Below, in pieces: positions 44,146 to 53,319 of a stretch of DNA of 64,000 bases. The DNA lies in IMG/VR virus record IMGVR_UViG_3300037484_000776, positions 1-64,000 of that record; one strand, written 5' to 3'. The notes beneath the pieces were generated by a model. That model saw only the letters and a list, made by a program, of their open reading frames with translations. It was not told the origin of the DNA and did no database searches. This DNA comes from a virus (Duplodnaviria > Caudoviricetes). The first letter of the stretch is position 1. Each line of letters opens with the position of its first letter. Both the position numbers and the translations under genes were made by a program.

Positions 44146-46896
44146 TTAAATCCCACAAACCCCGCTCACGCATGCACGGTCTGAATTTTCCTCGTAGACC
44201 ACTCCTATACCTCCCTCAATGGCTTCAGCATAAGGCACACTTACTAAGGGCTGCCCTCCGCGAGATCCGTCAGGATACGACGTAAGACCTCTAAGTCTAG
44301 GAGCGTACTTTGCAACGATCTTTGCAAACTTATCTACATGCCCATTATGGTTGCCTTCAGTGTCCCACCCAGGAAGATTCAGTGTGGAAGATATTCCCAT
44401 ATCAACATAGTCTTGCACATCGGCTTGAAATTTAATCCTGCGTTCAGGGTCCTTGGCAAGATCTATCGCCGTCTCTATCTTGTCTGGATCAATCCCGTAA
44501 CGTGTCATCAGATCCTTTGCTGCCTGGTCCACATAGTACTGGAACTTCCTTACCTCTCTACCAGTTTCACGATCACCTTCCAGATAACGCCGCTTATAGG
44601 CTACAGCAAAGATAGGCTCGATACCGGTAGTAGTTCCGGCGATTGTCCCGATAGTGCCTGTCGGTGCAACCGCCCTGTAAGCAACAGGTTGTGATATATA
44701 AAACCGATCACAATGCTCCCTAGCTGCTGCTTCTCCGTTAGTGGCATAGACCTTCAGCCATTCGTGCAGTTCTGGGGTAATTTCATAACGGTAGTTGCGC
44801 TGAAGAAGCCACTCATGAACTCCCATAATTCCAAGCCCAATGCGGCGATTCTTCTCCCTGACTAGGCGCGTTTTTTCATCAGGGAGTATTCCCCTGATAG
44901 TTCCACAGACTAGGAACTTAGATGCCAACTCGACAGCCGTTTTAAACTGTTCCAGGTTTTCACATGCTGCCATGTTTACACTTCCAATGTTGCACATGTC
45001 TGAGTCATCTGCGCTAACCACCTCCGTACATTGCCCTAGTACGTGCCCTTCAAAGGTTCCCCTATGCGTCTTGGGTTCGGTAAAGCAGAAGGTCTCTTCC
45101 ATTATAGGAAGTTCGGTCACTGACCTTACAGTTACAAACCTCCTGGCGTCTCTCTGAGGTAGGCTATCTTTTGATACACCCAGCCTGGAAAATCTAGTTC
45201 CAAGAGACAGTAGTTTTACAGTGTCAGTGTTACCTATCAAAAGCCTCTTAGTCTCTTTGCAGTTATACCCAGACAGGCTCCCTTTACCGTTGGGCATATC
45301 TCTTGTACCTTTATCATTAGCATGAACTACCTTGGCTTTTACACCTAATGTAGTCAACATTAGCTTCACTTCTTTTAGGAACCCGTGGTCTATACTGGCT
45401 ATCTGTATCCCATTGCCGTTCTTATCCTTAGTTACACATCCGTCCCCATCAAGAAGGCCTGCCAACCAGTTAAGTCTGTATTCTAGGGAGGAGTCTAACG
45501 GCACCCAATTTTTAGGTAGCATTGTCCCATGCTTCCAGGTTTTCTTGAGTTCTGCAAACGGGCCTGTCGTGTCCTTAATGGTCCCACACAGCCTGGGTGT
45601 ACAAGGATACTTAGGCTTATATACCCAAGAATGCTTTAAACCTTTATTACCTTCAGCAGAGTAAAATCCTTGGCTGTAAGCGTCAGGGGCTCCATCTACG
45701 TCTTCCCCTCCCTCTACTACAGGCATGTCAAACTTAGCCAACCTTTCCCCTATCTGAAGCTCGTCCGCTGGGACAAACTCTGGAGGGTTGTTCCATCCTT
45801 TCAAACCTACCGTTACAAACTTATGGTAGGGTGTGCAGCGCAAGGAAGACCCGTCTGATAATTCAACATTTACCAGGCTATTCCACCCAGTAGAAAATGG
45901 GGTTACCGGAGCCCATTCTTCTCCGTTCCATATTTCAACCTCCTTTCCAACCAGGTCACCAATAGCCTTGTAACCAGTCTTTGTAAGAATCCTTGTGTCT
46001 TTTGTACAGCAAGCATTACGTAATGTAGAGCCCTCTTGATCAAAGAAGTTGAAACTAAATCCTGGCTCACCATTACTCATCGCCATTTCAACATTCTTTA
46101 TGAAGGTGGAAGGCAGTGGGTTAGTGTCTACTACTGTGTGCCATGCTGCCTCATCTTTTACCAGCTTCTCCAACTCTACTATAGATCTAACTCCAGACAC
46201 CTCAGACAAGAAGGCGTTGTCATAGTTAAGGGAGATATTGGTGAAGTCTAGCGGAGCCTGGGCATCGAAGTTATTACTCTTAGCTTGAGCAAAACTAACG
46301 TTAGTACCAGGTATCTTAAGATTTCCCCAATCCTTTACTGTTAGCCAAGAGGTGGCATCCCCATGTTGCCAGTTAAGAGAGCCATAAATAGCAGAGCGCC
46401 TAGACCCTCCTTGCATTACATTGCGTCCAATCTCGTTTATTGAGTTAGCCAAAGGTATGGGTCCAGATGCCACCCCTCCTGTGCGGCGCAGGAGAGTTCC
46501 CCTGGCCCTGAATATCGAGTAATCAACCCCTATGCCTCCGCCTGACATCAAGGCATTTGATGCTGAGTGCACCAACCTACCCCACTCCTCACGAGTATCT
46601 TGCTCTCCAGCAAACAAATAACAGTTGTTATAGTAGCTAGCCGGCCTTCCACCGTAATACAGATACCTCCCTCCCGGCAAGAACCTGAAGCCGTGCATAA
46701 TCTGAACGAGTTCGGCCCGCTCAGGCTTTGACATGAGGGGGTGGGTGATACCGCCGCGAGTTCCACAGACGTCATCAACCACGGCCTGGCATCTTTGCAG
46801 CCAAGTCTCGTCAGGATACAAGGCATACTTAGCCTTAAATATCGCAGCTCCTAGATCTGTACGGAAATTATTAGGTCTATCTGAAACGTAAGTCAT
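44146..46896 (-). CDS. nrdJ: Ribonucleotide reductase, probably class II (B12-dependent), intein-containing
   Basis: FLPGGR, NNCY, SGGGIG, GGSRRSA, reconstituted N-A-C-T-E, APTGTI and C-terminal CVSGVC; no ATP cone and no adjacent nrdB. Confidence 0.88.
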   Translation of the reverse strand: MTYVSDRPNNFRTDLGAAIFKAKYALYPDETWLQRCQAVVDDVCGTRGGITHPLMSKPERAELVQIMHGFRFLPGGRYLYYGGRPASYYNNCYLFAGEQDTREEWGRLVHSASNALMSGGGIGVDYSIFRARGTLLRRTGGVASGPIPLANSINEIGRNVMQGGSRRSAIYGSLNWQHGDATSWLTVKDWGNLKIPGTNVSFAQAKSNNFDAQAPLDFTNISLNYDNAFLSEVSGVRSIVELEKLVKDEAAWHTVVDTNPLPSTFIKNVEMAMSNGEPGFSFNFFDQEGSTLRNACCTKDTRILTKTGYKAIGDLVGKEVEIWNGEEWAPVTPFSTGWNSLVNVELSDGSSLRCTPYHKFVTVGLKGWNNPPEFVPADELQIGERLAKFDMPVVEGGEDVDGAPDAYSQGFYSAEGNKGLKHSWVYKPKYPCTPRLCGTIKDTTGPFAELKKTWKHGTMLPKNWVPLDSSLEYRLNWLAGLLDGDGCVTKDKNGNGIQIASIDHGFLKEVKLMLTTLGVKAKVVHANDKGTRDMPNGKGSLSGYNCKETKRLLIGNTDTVKLLSLGTRFSRLGVSKDSLPQRDARRFVTVRSVTELPIMEETFCFTEPKTHRGTFEGHVLGQCTEVVSADDSDMCNIGSVNMAACENLEQFKTAVELASKFLVCGTIRGILPDEKTRLVREKNRRIGLGIMGVHEWLLQRNYRYEITPELHEWLKVYATNGEAAAREHCDRFYISQPVAYRAVAPTGTIGTIAGTTTGIEPIFAVAYKRRYLEGDRETGREVRKFQYYVDQAAKDLMTRYGIDPDKIETAIDLAKDPERRIKFQADVQDYVDMGISSTLNLPGWDTEGNHNGHVDKFAKIVAKYAPRLRGLTSYPDGSRGGQPLVSVPYAEAIEGGIGVVYEENSDRACVSGVCGI
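45031..46011 (-). mobile_element. 327-aa intein with LAGLIDADG endonuclease, Gln-terminated
   Basis: RNA/CCTKDTRILT...QGFYSAEG...LAGLLDGDG...TFCFTEPKTHRGTFEGHVLGQ/CTE. Confidence 0.93.
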
Positions 46897-46916
46897 TTCT
46901 ACTATCTCTATTAGGT

Positions 46917-47117
46917 TTAAAGTATCTTAACTTTGGCCTGACGATCCATTCTTTTCTGTTCTTTAAGGGCTTGCTTGTAAGTCATACCAAACCCAATACC
47001 GCCCTTCCCCTTATCTACCCACCACCATCCTTCCCCATCTGTAGACCAGCCAGGGTTTCTGCTCTTTAAAGTCCGAGCCTCTTCTACAGTTTCTATATAT
47101 CTTACATACCTACTCAT
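46917..47117 (-). CDS. Hypothetical protein
   Basis: 66 aa, operon context. Confidence 0.55.
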   Translation of the reverse strand: MSRYVRYIETVEEARTLKSRNPGWSTDGEGWWWVDKGKGGIGFGMTYKQALKEQKRMDRQAKVKIL

Positions 47118-47304
47118 AAAGTTCCCCTATGGAAGCAAGCTGCGCTTGAGAATACCTCCTTGGCGGATTACAGTTGCAACTGGCAAGCACCCAGTTGCCG
47201 TCCTTATCTACCTCAATAATCTCCATCCTCCAGGTTCGGTTACCCATACTCCATCTCCTTATGGTAAACAGCTTTTGCCCTTCATACATCTCCTCTATTT
47301 TCAT
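47110..47304 (-). CDS. Hypothetical protein
   Basis: 64 aa, GGAG RBS. Confidence 0.55.
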   Translation of the reverse strand: MKIEEMYEGQKLFTIRRWSMGNRTWRMEIIEVDKDGNWVLASCNCNPPRRYSQAQLASIGELYE

Positions 47305-47355
47305 GTCTACTCCGTCTTTAGCCCTGTCTCTAAAGGGCAGGGATTTAAATTAAAG

Positions 47356-47559
47356 TCAAACGAATGACCAAGTTCCGTTCTTAATCTGACTTGCGGTTTT
47401 CCATATCCAGTGCTCTTTGTCGTTAAGCCATTTCTCCTCCCCTAAGAAGTTAATACACTTTTCTGTAACCAGTTCCTCAGTCATTTCAGGAGTATGGCTA
47501 AGCGCCTTTTCTATAAAAAAGAACGCCTGCATTTTTAAATAGTGCTCTAAATTATTCAT
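47356..47559 (-). CDS. Hypothetical protein
   Basis: 67 aa, operon context. Confidence 0.55.
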   Translation of the reverse strand: MNNLEHYLKMQAFFFIEKALSHTPEMTEELVTEKCINFLGEEKWLNDKEHWIWKTASQIKNGTWSFV

Positions 47560-47568
47560 GTCTTGCCT

Positions 47569-49740
47569 CTAATCTAAGTTAATATGAACACCGGCCAAAG
47601 AACTCTCCATCGACCGATGGGAGATCATCACCAACTGCGTGCCTGCTTCTGCCAAAGCCTGGGTAACAACTGCGGCATGGTTGTCGTCCATTTCTGCGCT
47701 GGGTTCATCGAGAATCAACGTTGGAAAGGAGCCTGGAACCAACCTATTCAATGCCATCAACAACCCCAACGCCATAATTGACCGTTGAGCGCCACTTGCC
47801 TCCACTACGCTGTCCTCGACCCCTGCCTCGGTATAGAGGAAGTCACCTCCCTCAGAACGCCTCACAGCCGTTATGGTGCCTCCCGTGCAGACTGAGGCGA
47901 ACTCAGATGCCATGCTCATGATCCCAGTCCAAATATCCTCCATGAACCTATCCCTGTTCTTGCGCAAGAACTTTTGGAGATTGGAGGCCACTTCCCTGTC
48001 CTTTATCTTTTCTTGCAGAGCAGAGACCAACTCTTCTTGTTTAGTTATGACAGCACACCAGCTCTCCCACTTATTAAACTCTACGCTGTAGTATCCCTGC
48101 CATTCCGATAAACGGCCTTTAATTTCGTTCAAACTAGCTGACAAGGTTTTAAACTCATCCCAAGACTCAACCTCTTCCTTTTCCCTTAAAACCCCAGGCT
48201 TCTTAGATAAGACCTTCTCCTTGGCAGATAGGGAACGGGTTAGAATGGCTGCTTCTTTCACTATCCTGTCTAAGATAGCCTTTGCCGTGGCAGCCTTAGA
48301 CCATTCTAAATTAAGAACCCTCTCATCCTCTCTGTAATTAAAGCCTAGAGACTTTTCTATATTGGCAAGTTCTAGTGCTGTATCTGATAGCTCGTTAGAT
48401 TCGTTAGCTTCCCATTCAGACAAGACTTTTAAATCTAGGGTCAGCTTTCTCTTAATAGTTTCTAGCTCCCCGGTCTTCTTAGCCAACTTCCTAACAGCTT
48501 CCAAATCTGAAGCCATTATCCTGCACGCTTCCTTTTCCCTCTCCAACAAAGACACTGCTTCCTCCCTTTCCGTATTCAACTTAACGGCATCATGTCCATT
48601 GAATGGCCTGTGACAGGTAGGGCACTCTGCATCTCTACAGGCTTTTATCAGGTCGTCTGCCCTAGCCTTTGCTTCCCCACACTTCCTCGTGTAGTTAGAA
48701 TACTCAACTTCCAGAGCAGATAAGTTCTCAGGTCTGTAGGAATACTTTACCAGCTCTTCAGCTATCTTATCCAACTCCTTTTGTAGGCTAGAGGACGTTT
48801 CTTTTGTCTTTTTAGATGACAGCTCTTGTTGTTCCTTTCTTACCTGTAACTTTTTAAGGGAGCTTATAGAATTTCTAAGTGCAGCCAAGGCGGCTCCTAG
48901 CTCTAATTCTGGTTCAGCCTCCTTAACTTTGTCAGGAACCTGATCCTCAAGGTCTTTTAGTCTATACTGTATATCTTCTATCTCCTTGACGGCACGATCA
49001 TACGCAGCGTACTGGAGCCTTGCCTCCTTGTTGTACTCCCTTAGGTTAATATACTCCTCCTCCTTAAGTGAGTAAGTTGAACTTGCTATTTCTACTTCTT
49101 GCATCAAAGAGGTTATGGACGCATACCACTCTACAAGGTTAGCAGACAACTCGTCCCTATCTGCCTTTAACTTTTCAAGGTCCTCCGTAGGCTTACCCAT
49201 GCTCTCTATGACGCTGGTAAAGTTGCTTATCCTTTCAGACAGTTTTTCTATGACCTTGTTAACTAGGGCGGCCCCGCTCAACTCCTCTAGCAAGGAGTGT
49301 AGTTTGCTAGCTCCTAGAGTTAGTAGGGCTTGGGTAGTGCCTTGCTGGACATGTTTTAACAAGTTAAAAGTAGCCTTATTTACTCCCAGCAGTTTTTCTA
49401 TCTCAGAATTAACCGCAGTGTTTCCGGTAGCAACAAGCTCGTTTTCTTTAAATAACTTAGCTCCAGATAAGGTGCGCTCTATTGTATAAGCAGCGCCCTG
49501 AAACTCCAGGTTGAGCGTGACTTTCGTGGAAGTCTTCTTCTCTCCACGAGTAGGTATAGAGTCTGCCCGACCAGACATGAACTGGACGCCACCTAGAGCA
49601 AAAGCCACCCCCTTTATTAAACTGGTTTTGCCTCTCGCGTTGGCACCTGTAACCAGCGTAAGTCCTTCTGAAAACGAAATCTCAAGGTTTCTGTGTTGTT
49701 TGAAATTAACTAGGCTTAATTTACGCAACATTTTCGCCAT
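47569..49740 (-). CDS. sbcC: SbcC/Rad50-like ATPase (gp46-like)
   Basis: Walker A GANARGKT, coiled coil with CPTC zinc hook, signature ASGAQ, Walker B LILDEPS, H-loop ISH. Confidence 0.93.
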   Translation of the reverse strand: MAKMLRKLSLVNFKQHRNLEISFSEGLTLVTGANARGKTSLIKGVAFALGGVQFMSGRADSIPTRGEKKTSTKVTLNLEFQGAAYTIERTLSGAKLFKENELVATGNTAVNSEIEKLLGVNKATFNLLKHVQQGTTQALLTLGASKLHSLLEELSGAALVNKVIEKLSERISNFTSVIESMGKPTEDLEKLKADRDELSANLVEWYASITSLMQEVEIASSTYSLKEEEYINLREYNKEARLQYAAYDRAVKEIEDIQYRLKDLEDQVPDKVKEAEPELELGAALAALRNSISSLKKLQVRKEQQELSSKKTKETSSSLQKELDKIAEELVKYSYRPENLSALEVEYSNYTRKCGEAKARADDLIKACRDAECPTCHRPFNGHDAVKLNTEREEAVSLLEREKEACRIMASDLEAVRKLAKKTGELETIKRKLTLDLKVLSEWEANESNELSDTALELANIEKSLGFNYREDERVLNLEWSKAATAKAILDRIVKEAAILTRSLSAKEKVLSKKPGVLREKEEVESWDEFKTLSASLNEIKGRLSEWQGYYSVEFNKWESWCAVITKQEELVSALQEKIKDREVASNLQKFLRKNRDRFMEDIWTGIMSMASEFASVCTGGTITAVRRSEGGDFLYTEAGVEDSVVEASGAQRSIMALGLLMALNRLVPGSFPTLILDEPSAEMDDNHAAVVTQALAEAGTQLVMISHRSMESSLAGVHINLD

Positions 49741-50374
49741 TCCTCTTCATCCCGACCGGGGTTAGTAAAGCGTCTTCAACTGTCCACCCATACCTTAACC
49801 TATTGTGGATGTTGTACGGCTTTAAACACAGATGCCTGCTCCATTCTGCAACCGTTTTAGTTTCACCGTGCAACGTTAAAAACCGGTTGCTTCCAGTGTT
49901 ATTTTGTTGTTCTTCCGATGTAGCCCACCTGCAATTTGCTGGTTCATAGTTCCCGTTATTATCAATGCGGTCAAGAGTTTTTCCAATCGGTTTTTCTCCC
50001 ATGTCTTTTATAAAGTTAGCAAAGTCTAACCATTCCTCACAACACTTAATTCCTCTTCCACCATATCTACCGTAACGCTCTGTATTTTTGTTTAAACATC
50101 TATTTTTCATGTTGATCCATGACATGTATGTTGGAGAATGCCCTCCAGACGCATGACCATGAACTATACACTGAAAGGCTATCTTTTCTTTTCTTAAGCA
50201 CCCACATGATAGCGTGTTCCCGCTTCTTAGACTGCCTACGAATACAACGGTTCTATCTCCGCAGTCACACAAGCACTCCCAAATACTTCCGCCGAATTTA
50301 TTTACTGAGTTAAACTTAGTAACCATTAGTCTACCAAACCGTTGTCCGACTAAATCAAGTCTTTTCCCGTTCAT
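49721..50374 (-). mobile_element. HNH homing endonuclease gene
   Basis: GQRFGRLMV, CLCDCG, W-x-NMKNRC, RYGGRGIKC and TLDRIDNNGNYEPANCRWAT. Confidence 0.9.
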
Positions 50375-50384
50375 TTTTAATGTC

Positions 50385-50648
50385 CTAAATAAGGTTAGAG
50401 GCTTTCGCCAACACCCCTATAACAAGAGTGGTCTGAAAGAAACCCATCCCGACAACCCAGCGAATAATCTCGGCCTTGGTTTCGGCTAATCTCAGTTCTA
50501 GTCTAAGAATGTCCTGCTCTGTTGCCAGTTCGGAACCGGACAAAGCCTCGGCAAGGGCCTGCGCCCCTGCCTTGGCTTGAACGGTAGGAACGCCAGACGC
50601 TTCCAACTGCTCGGCGTATTTCAGGGTATCGAAGGTAACGGCTGTCAT
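50385..50648 (-). CDS. DUF1640/CCDC90-like coiled-coil membrane-anchored protein
   Basis: FDTLKYAEQLEASGV..QA...LAT..D...LE...K.EII.W.VG pattern. Confidence 0.8.
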   Translation of the reverse strand: MTAVTFDTLKYAEQLEASGVPTVQAKAGAQALAEALSGSELATEQDILRLELRLAETKAEIIRWVVGMGFFQTTLVIGVLAKASNLI

Positions 50649-50657
50649 TGAATATCT

Positions 50658-50831
50658 CTAAACTTCCTTATCTTTGGTGAACGCCATCTTTATCTTTTCT
50701 AGTAAAGCCTCATGTTGCTCTGCTCTATTCCGCCAAAAACACACATCGCATAAGTCTAGGGACTCAGTGTCGTTACGGCCGTGCGACCTTACATTGATAG
50801 CATACGATCCGCATCTCTTACATTTATTCAT
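50658..50831 (-). CDS. 57-aa CxxC zinc-finger protein (not in ORF track)
   Basis: Hand-translated MNKCKRCGSYAINVRSHGRNDTESLDLCDVCFWRNRAE... Confidence 0.7.
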   Translation of the reverse strand: MNKCKRCGSYAINVRSHGRNDTESLDLCDVCFWRNRAEQHEALLEKIKMAFTKDKEV

Positions 50832-51897
50832 TACCTAAATCCTTTATCAGAGACTTCCACAAAGATAGCATACCGCTGTTGCTTGCTAAGTCTTGAGAGA
50901 TCCTCTCCCTTAGCCCCAGGATAGTAGGCGTAGATTCACTAATATCCCTAGAGAACATCTTGCCATCAGACTTAACGCTCATCTTAACAGCCAGCAAGTT
51001 GGGAGACTTCTCCCAACAAGAAGATACAGCCTTCATGAAGTTCAGCATACCAACAGCTGGCACCTCTCCTTCCAACTCAAGAAACTGGATGTCAGAGCTA
51101 AAGCCTGTAGGCAACTCAGAAGCATCCAACTTCCTGTAACTTGTTGTCTTATCCCAGACCTTTACCAAAGATTCTTCTCCATCCCCACTAAATTGCCATA
51201 TAAACTTATCCTCCATGTTATCGAACGCAGTTGGGAATGTACTACCCGGCAGAATTACTTGGCTACCCAGAGCAACTCTGGGACTGTGTTCATGCCCTAT
51301 AATTATCCTATTAATTCCTTGTGCCAATATCCACTCAGCGGTTTCCTCGTCTAGGTTCAAGGTAGTTTCGCTGGCAAGCCAGGTCTCCGGCGCTCCATAA
51401 TTACAGTGTAAGAAAACAACCCTCGGCTTATTTGGATAGCTGTAGACGTGCCTTGGAACCTCTTCCTTTATTGCTCTAATAAACAGCTCTTGCGTCCAGC
51501 AATGGGGTATAACTAAGACAGCTGCTGGAAGACTAGTAGAGGAGAAAGACTCAGGCGAGAATATAACTGGATTAACCCTGTCCTTAATCCTGTCAAGCCA
51601 GGAACTACAAAGGCTAAGAGAGCTTACTGAGTTGGCGATATTTTTAACGTCATGGTTACCGGCAATACAGAGGTTAACTTTCTCCAATACATTAAGTCCC
51701 TGCTCTATGGTCTCTTCAGTGTTGCTATGGCGATCAAACAGGTCTCCTCCATGGACTATGAAGTCTTCTCTAGCACTTTTCACAATGCGCATGGTCTGCT
51801 CATACACGGCCTTCCGGTAAAGCCGGGCTGAAGATGCTGTAGTATGGGTTGAGCGGTTAATCCCAAGGTGGGAGTCGGTCAGGTACGTAATATTCAT
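50824..51897 (-). CDS. sbcD: SbcD/Mre11-like metallophosphoesterase nuclease (gp47-like)
   Basis: TDSHLG, GGDLFD, AGNHD, FLH and IGHEH motifs. Confidence 0.92.
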   Translation of the reverse strand: MNITYLTDSHLGINRSTHTTASSARLYRKAVYEQTMRIVKSAREDFIVHGGDLFDRHSNTEETIEQGLNVLEKVNLCIAGNHDVKNIANSVSSLSLCSSWLDRIKDRVNPVIFSPESFSSTSLPAAVLVIPHCWTQELFIRAIKEEVPRHVYSYPNKPRVVFLHCNYGAPETWLASETTLNLDEETAEWILAQGINRIIIGHEHSPRVALGSQVILPGSTFPTAFDNMEDKFIWQFSGDGEESLVKVWDKTTSYRKLDASELPTGFSSDIQFLELEGEVPAVGMLNFMKAVSSCWEKSPNLLAVKMSVKSDGKMFSRDISESTPTILGLRERISQDLASNSGMLSLWKSLIKDLGNE

Positions 51898-52349
51898 GCT
51901 AACTCCAAACAGTTTCTAAATTTAACCCTTAATTCTTTTATCGGAAACACGTAAGCATCCTTTATATCAAGCTGCTTACCTTCTTGCCTTGCCTCTATTA
52001 CTGCCTTAGCAGGCCATGCTTCACAGAGACCGGTAAGCTCTGAATAGAATAGGACCAACCCATATCCTCCACTAAGTAACCAAGTATGAAGGCTAGCTAC
52101 CTGGTGATTTTTTACCATATCAGAAAAGCAAGATTTCAATGAGGTCTGAGATCCGCTTGCCTTACACTCCACCAGGTAGGCGTTCCCCCTCCAGGAGAAC
52201 AGGAAGTCAGAGGGAGCTTGGTTTGTCTTGTCCGTTCCAGCTGCTCCAGAGTCCTTGAAGTGGTGTCTGTATAAAAAATCTGATCCCATACAACCATACG
52301 TCTCATCCCACACAATCTTTTCAAATCTTTTTCCTATGTTAAGTGTCAT
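51894..52349 (-). CDS. Holliday junction resolvase (PD-(D/E)xK, RecU/Hjc-like)
   Basis: GKRFE...PSDF...LVECK...HQ. Confidence 0.75.
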   Translation of the reverse strand: MTLNIGKRFEKIVWDETYGCMGSDFLYRHHFKDSGAAGTDKTNQAPSDFLFSWRGNAYLVECKASGSQTSLKSCFSDMVKNHQVASLHTWLLSGGYGLVLFYSELTGLCEAWPAKAVIEARQEGKQLDIKDAYVFPIKELRVKFRNCLELA

Positions 52350-52350
52350 C

Positions 52351-53082
52351 TTATACTCCCAAACTCTCTAAAGTCGCCTTCATATCCTCACTTATATCGG
52401 CCCAGGTGTTACGAATCCAAGTAATGTACGTCTTAGGCACCTCCTTCCACTCCTTTCCTCTGTGCTTTCCAAAATGGCAAACAGAGAGTACTTGAGGAGT
52501 AGCACACCAAGTCTGCAAATCGGCAAGAGACACTCCATATTGCTCTTTAATATAAGATATAATTTGCGCCACTAAATAACAATCGGCAATCGCATCGTGT
52601 GCTAGTCTCCTGAACTGCTCACTAGCTTCATCAGGGAATAGATGCTTATTCACGGTCCCTAGCTTGTGATTCTCCAACAAAGGGTATACTCTTTGTGCAA
52701 AGCATACGACATCTAGCTGACCCATTTCCGTGAACCCTGCCTCTGGCATAATCCTGTCAGCGATTGGCACGTCATATCTGGAACTATTAAACCCTCCAAG
52801 AAATACCCTATTCCCTTGCCTCTGGTAATCATCTATCAACAATTTAAATTGCCTAAGCACCTGTCCTTGTGATGGGCTAAGCCAATATTTATCCTTCCCA
52901 ATACCATGAACCTTAAGTGCTTCCTCTGAACACTCTCTATCTGGCATCACATAAGTTTGCATAACAGGTAGCGCAGTGCCGTCCTCCTCCATGAGGACGG
53001 CTCCGAACTGCACTATATCTGCTATGTTTTTATCGTTGGAGGTTGTCTCCAAGTCGAAAATCATAACAACATCTTTATTCAT
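52351..53082 (-). CDS. DEDDh 3'-5' exonuclease (DnaQ/ExoX-like)
   Basis: FDLETT, GFNSSRYD and HDAIAD; C-terminal FGKHRGK domain. Confidence 0.9.
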   Translation of the reverse strand: MNKDVVMIFDLETTSNDKNIADIVQFGAVLMEEDGTALPVMQTYVMPDRECSEEALKVHGIGKDKYWLSPSQGQVLRQFKLLIDDYQRQGNRVFLGGFNSSRYDVPIADRIMPEAGFTEMGQLDVVCFAQRVYPLLENHKLGTVNKHLFPDEASEQFRRLAHDAIADCYLVAQIISYIKEQYGVSLADLQTWCATPQVLSVCHFGKHRGKEWKEVPKTYITWIRNTWADISEDMKATLESLGV

Positions 53083-53100
53083 CTAATTATTTGTCCGTTA

Positions 53101-53319
53101 TCAGTCAACATTCAAATGTCCGCTGAAGGCGGCAGTCTTCATTCTCTTGCCACCCTTCCCACCTATCTCAATAAAGCCCCAAGTCCCGTCGGTAAAGACC
53201 TTTACCCTCACCCCTTGCCACTTTACAAGGATAAAGTCCTCAGTTGTTTCCAGGACTTCAACCTTCTCTTGAGTTACGTTAAAAAGCCAACTCACCCTTT
53301 GCTGTTGCGCTTGGTTCAT
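53101..53319 (-). CDS. Hypothetical protein
   Basis: 72 aa, coupled to the polA stop. Confidence 0.55.
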   Translation of the reverse strand: MNQAQQQRVSWLFNVTQEKVEVLETTEDFILVKWQGVRVKVFTDGTWGFIEIGGKGGKRMKTAAFSGHLNVD

